From assembly GCF_963921235.1 (NCBI RefSeq), contig NC_086108.1:73534001-73598000 (forward strand): a stretch of 64,000 nt of DNA, in the 5' to 3' direction. Origin of the DNA: Mobula hypostoma (taxonomy: Eukaryota). Position 1 is the stretch's first letter; every line of letters starts with the position of its first letter. The notes beneath the pieces are model-generated. The model was given only the letters and a program-made list of their open reading frames with translations. It made no database searches and was not told the origin of the DNA. A program made the position numbers and the translations under genes. This document shows, piece after piece, positions 59,433-64,000 of this stretch.

Positions 59433-61539
59433 TCTTTTGAATTTTCTTTTGAATCATATCATACAGTATGGCATGGTTTAAAATCATATAAGGAATAGAT
59501 TTTCTTTTGAATCTGAAAAGTCGCCATTCCAAAATATGAACTCCAGATTGCCAGCACCAGCAGAATCTCTTGTGTTTGTGAACTCTGTTACTCTTTTTGT
59601 GGATGTGACATAACCTGCAGAGTATTTCCAGCGTTATTTAAGATCTTGAGCATTACAGTTTCTTCTTGCTTTCCATTTCTTTTTGAGTTTATTTTGCAGA
59701 AGAATCCATCAAATCTCAAATACACCTCGGGGCAGAAAATGTTCTTAAAATTTACCTAATACTGTCAAATATGCTGAGCAGAGATAACAGTTTTGTAATC
59801 TTAGTTCTATACTCATCGAATGTGAAAACTAGTAGACATGTGAAACTTTAAATTTTTTTTTCCACCTGATTTGGAGTTACATTATTTACTTTATTTAGCT
59901 CCTAAATAAAGCCATTCCACCATTCCATTAGATCACAACTGCTCCAGGCAGCTGCCAAGGCCTAGTTATTGTTACTTCAAAAGAATCACCTCTGTGGGCA
60001 AACAATCTTTAGAAAGGGATTTAATTATTGGACCCAGTTTTTCAGACTGGCTTGTGATGCAACTCTTCTCCAGAATGTACCCTGTGGGAAAATGTACTTC
60101 TGCTCATTAACATGAAACACACTTGATAAGATGTTGCAAAATTGCAGTATTCATATGTAACTTATGGAGGTTTCTTTTTATTTTGGCTTTCCTTCCATTC
60201 TTTTATTCTCTCTGGCAGTTATTGGGGCTAATTCCATTTTAGAAAGAAGCTTACAGGATTACAGATCCCATTAAGTACAGTTACATTTAGCCTTCAGTCT
60301 TACCTTTTTCAAATCTAGGTCCTCTTACCTCAAAATTCCATGAATCTATCTACAGTATGGCATGGTTTTAGATCATATAAAGCAGCAAGGTCACATGCCC
60401 AACTGCAGATCTGTGTCAAGTTACTTCATTTCGATGTGGGGAGTAGCGATAAAACCTACAATATGCTCATAGACACATCCTTTGCTGTAATCAGGCCCTT
60501 AAGCTACAGCAGAACAATGACTGCTCAGCTTTGCCCCACTGCTTTCCCTGCAAATGTTGTTATACAAACAAATAAAATTCTACCACCTAGGAAGCTATAT
60601 AAAATTACCAGACCTCCCCTCACTGCATAAAATTATACAGCTATAACACAAGTCACGGCAAAGGCTTTCTCTAGTTGAAATATGCATGTATCTTTATCCA
60701 GCTAGCTACTGGCTTCTTTATTAATTCACTCAATGCAGAATATTTTACCAATATCAGCTTTTTCTTATTGGCCCAGACTTTATAGTTTCAAAATCTTGTT
60801 TCACTTAACTACGTATTTTCTACCCAGCCTTCTGTCTACAGGGCACAAACTCCAGCCTTTCTCATCAGTATCTAAACTGTTCTTAGTACCTGAAGTTGAC
60901 AACTCACCTCCATGTTTAAAGCAAATTTTAAAAATAAATTATTCTTTTAAACATGCTACTTGGTGTTCAGATGAACAAAATAACTCCAAAATATCTGTAT
61001 AATGTGGTAAAATGCACTCACAAAATCAATATTCCAAGTTAATGCATATTCCTTAAGGTACAATTATAGATAGGTTCACGCAAAATGAAAATTACCCAAA
61101 TTAGCTTCCAGGTGGTAATTTATTAATGATAAACAATCTTCCAAATTCTGAATTGTCTAATTAATTCCCAGGGTAACCTTCATGGGAGAATGTATTTCTA
61201 AGTTTAGAATGAAGCCTTTCCAAATTTTAATACAGGCATAAACAGAGAAAGATACATCATAATATTCATGCAGACATGCATCAATCAACTATATTACCAA
61301 CATTTACAAGAGCAGTATTTTGAAATTTGAACTTGCTTCTCAGTCCAATTCATTCTTTATCAGGGCTGAAACTAGTGGAATTATAATAATATAATGATGA
61401 GTTAATCTTTTCCCCTGAGACATTAGTTGGATTCAAATCCTCATTTTGCTATTAAAAGGCTGTTGCCATGCAGGCAAAATGATCTAAGAAATAGACACAG
61501 AAGTATACTGTCTGTTGTTCATTAAGATTATGGCTGGTC

Positions 61540-61945
61540 TTTTACCTCATTGCTGCTTTCCTCCACCAACCCACAATCTTCAATTCCCTAAATATCTAAA
61601 AGAAATCTATTAACCTCTGCATTGAATGTATTCTGACTGAAATCCTATAGCCCTCATGATAGAGAGTTCCAAAGCTTCATTATCTCTGGACGAAGAATTA
61701 TTTTCTCATCCCAGTCCTGAGTAGCAAACCCCTTTCCTCAAGACCGTGATGCCTTGTTTGAGACATCGCAGCCAGAAGAAACCCCATCCCTGCATCTCCC
61801 CCATCAGGGCCTGAAAGAATATTTCTATATGTCAAAGGTAGGAAAATGGGAGTAGGGGGATAATGAATTAGCCATGATGGAATGATGGAATAGAATTGAT
61901 GGGCCAAAATGGCATACCGATGCTCTTATGTCATATGATCTTCTC
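61540..61945. mobile_element. Old CR1 3' relics (minus, then plus tail)
   Basis: Antisense CR1 C-terminus at 61580-61830; CR1 3' UTR ATTAGCCATGATGGAATG..GATGGGCC at 61840-61945. Confidence 0.6.
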
Positions 61946-61949
61946 AATT

Positions 61950-63775
61950 TACTGTATGGACTGAACTGCTGATTCAGGAAAGACAAAAGGTGGAGGTGTG
62001 TGTTTCATGAAAAACTCAAGGTGGTGCTCCGATGTGGTGGATCTGTCGAGCTTGTATTCCCCCGACCTTGAACACCTAATGATCAAATGCTACCTGAACT
62101 ATTTACCTAGGAAGTTCTTCTCCATAATTCTGACCACAGTTTACATACCATCAGTGGCTGACTATAATCAAGCACTTGAGATACTGTACAATGCCGTCTC
62201 TAAACAAGAAATTGTCCATCCCGATGCTTTTCAAATAATAGTCAGGGACTTTAACCAGGCTTTGAAGAAAAACCTGCCCAATTACCATCAGCATGTAACT
62301 TGCAGCACCAGAGGCACCAATACACTAGACCACTGTTACACCAGATAAGGAATGCCTACTATTCCATGCCCAGACCGCATTTGAGCTAGTGGGATCACTT
62401 GGCTGACCTTCTCCTATCTGTATATATCCAGAGGCTAAAGAGCAAAGCTCCACAGATTAGGGCAACAAAGAGGTGGTCATGGGAGGCAGGGGAGTGGCTG
62501 AGGGATTGCCTCGAGTCAGTGGACTCCGCCGTGTTCAATGACACACCTGTGGATCTGAGTAAATGCACCGTGGTCGTCATGGACTTTATTAAAAGTCATA
62601 GACAAGTTTGTCCTCACAAAATCATCCAGTGTCTTCCCCAATCAGAAGCCCTGGATGAACTATAAGATCCACAATCTGCTAAGAACTTGATCAGAGGCAT
62701 TCAAGTCTCGTGACCAAGAAACCAAGAAAGTTACAAGAGGTCCAGGTACAATCTCTGGAGAACTATCTCATGGGTGAAGTGACAATTCCAGACAAAACTT
62801 GAATCAACAAAGGATGCTCAATAGATGTGACTGGACTTGAATACTATTACCTCTTATAAAGTTAAATCAATTAACGTAGGTGACAACAGGGCTTCACTTC
62901 CAGATGAGCTCAATGCCTTCTATGCTCACTTTGACAATCAGAACATGTAAGAGCCATCACAAACTCTCATAGTCCTCACTGATCCTGGGATTTCAGTCTC
63001 TGAAGCTGATGTGCAAGCATCCAGCCCAGACAAGAGCTGTATAACTCATCTCCTTCTACCTAAGGCCACGAACTTATTAATCATCCCTGCTGTGGACCAC
63101 CTGGAGGTCCAAGACACTCTCGTTACATGCGTGTGCAGTTCAACTTTTTGAGTGATAATACAGAAAGTTGGAAGTTAATAACTCATCTCCTTCTACCTTA
63201 GGCCATGAACTTATCAATCACCCCTGGTGTGGACCACTTCTACAAAGAAGGGATCCGCATGCTCCATGACTGCTGGACTAAGTGTGCACATGTAGGAGGG
63301 GACTATGTTGAAAAATAAATGTGCTAGTTTTTCTAAAATTGACTCCTTCTACCTTAGGCCACAAACCTATCAATCACCCCTCATACTAAAGACCTGTGCT
63401 GATCAACTGCCTGGAGTGTTCACTGAAGCCACTTTGGCATCCCGAGGTACCCACCTTCTTCAAGCAGGCTTCAACTATACCAGTGCCCAAGAAGAGAGTG
63501 GTGAGCTGCTGCAATGGCTATCACCCAACAACACTTACGTCCACAGGGATAAAATGTTTTGAGACGATGGTGATGAAATACATCAATTCCTGCCTGAGAA
63601 ATGACTTGGATCCATTCCAGTTTGTCTACCTGAGCAACAGGCCCACAGCAGATGCCATCTCACAGGCTCCTCACTCAACCCTGGAACATGCGGACAGCAA
63701 AGATGCATACATCAGGACGTTGTTTCTCAGCATTCAATTCCATCATCCCCTCAAAACTAATCAATCAGCTCCAAG
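61950..63775 (+). mobile_element. Rex1/Babar LINE fragment (endonuclease to RT start)
   Basis: GGVCFM, SPDLEHLMIKC..YLPR..VYIP, DFNQA, TRGTNTLDHCYT, FKQASTIPVPKK, LDPFQFVY. Confidence 0.9.
63040..63383 (+). mobile_element. Mariner-derived non-autonomous fragment inside the Rex element
   Basis: Mariner C-terminus FYKEGIRMLHDCWTKCAHVGGDYVEK* at 63238-63318; right TIR ..TATCAATCACCCCTCA then TA at 63384-85; three direct copies of the TIR block. Confidence 0.85.
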
Positions 63776-63779
63776 GAAA

Positions 63780-64000
63780 AATACAAATTCAAAGTCCAAA
63801 GTAAATTTATCATCAAGGCACATACATGTCATCATATACAACCCAGTGATTCATTTACTTGCAGGCATACTCAATAAATCCATAATAATAACCATAATAG
63901 AATCAGTGAAAAACCGCACCAACTTGGGTGTTCACCAGTATGCAAAAGACAACACACTGTGCAAATACAAACAGAAAAAAATAGATAAATAAGCAATAAA
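63780..64000 (-). mobile_element. Rex-tailed retroelement 3' end, running off the window
   Basis: Antisense tail TTCAAAGTCCAAAGTAAATTTATCATCAA, similar to 32288 and to the reverse complement of 6640-6665. Confidence 0.65.

Overview
Eukaryotic, repeat-dense intronic or intergenic DNA. The repeat set (CR1 LINEs, Rex1/Babar LINEs, V-SINEs, a DeuSINE-like relic, hammerhead-bearing Penelope elements) points to a vertebrate, most likely a cartilaginous fish such as a ray; this is inference from repeat content only. I found no host protein-coding gene, rRNA, true tRNA gene or CRISPR array, and nearly every ORF in the track is a transposon fragment or its antisense. Main contents: (1) a full-length but decayed RTE LINE at 556-4479 (-) with an 8-bp TSD and a candidate HDV-like ribozyme at its 5' end; (2) a 438-bp non-autonomous derivative of that RTE at 53748-54185, keeping only the 5' head and 3' tail; (3) a decayed BEL/Pao element at about 20.9-31.0 kb that hosts a near-intact CR1 and a Rex LINE, the latter carrying further inserts; (4) at least seven Penelope-like insertions, most with hammerhead motifs, three of which have inverted termini and 14-bp TSDs, one reduced to a 219-bp hairpin; (5) two solo LTRs with 4-bp TSDs; (6) four copies of a Tc1-derived element with three TIR copies; (7) hAT-Charlie, mariner, Tc1, Harbinger and L1 remnants. 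The best candidate for something undescribed is the autonomous RTE plus its non-autonomous partner sharing an atypical HDV-like fold, followed by the foldback Penelope series. Both extend known biology rather than being a clearly new system.
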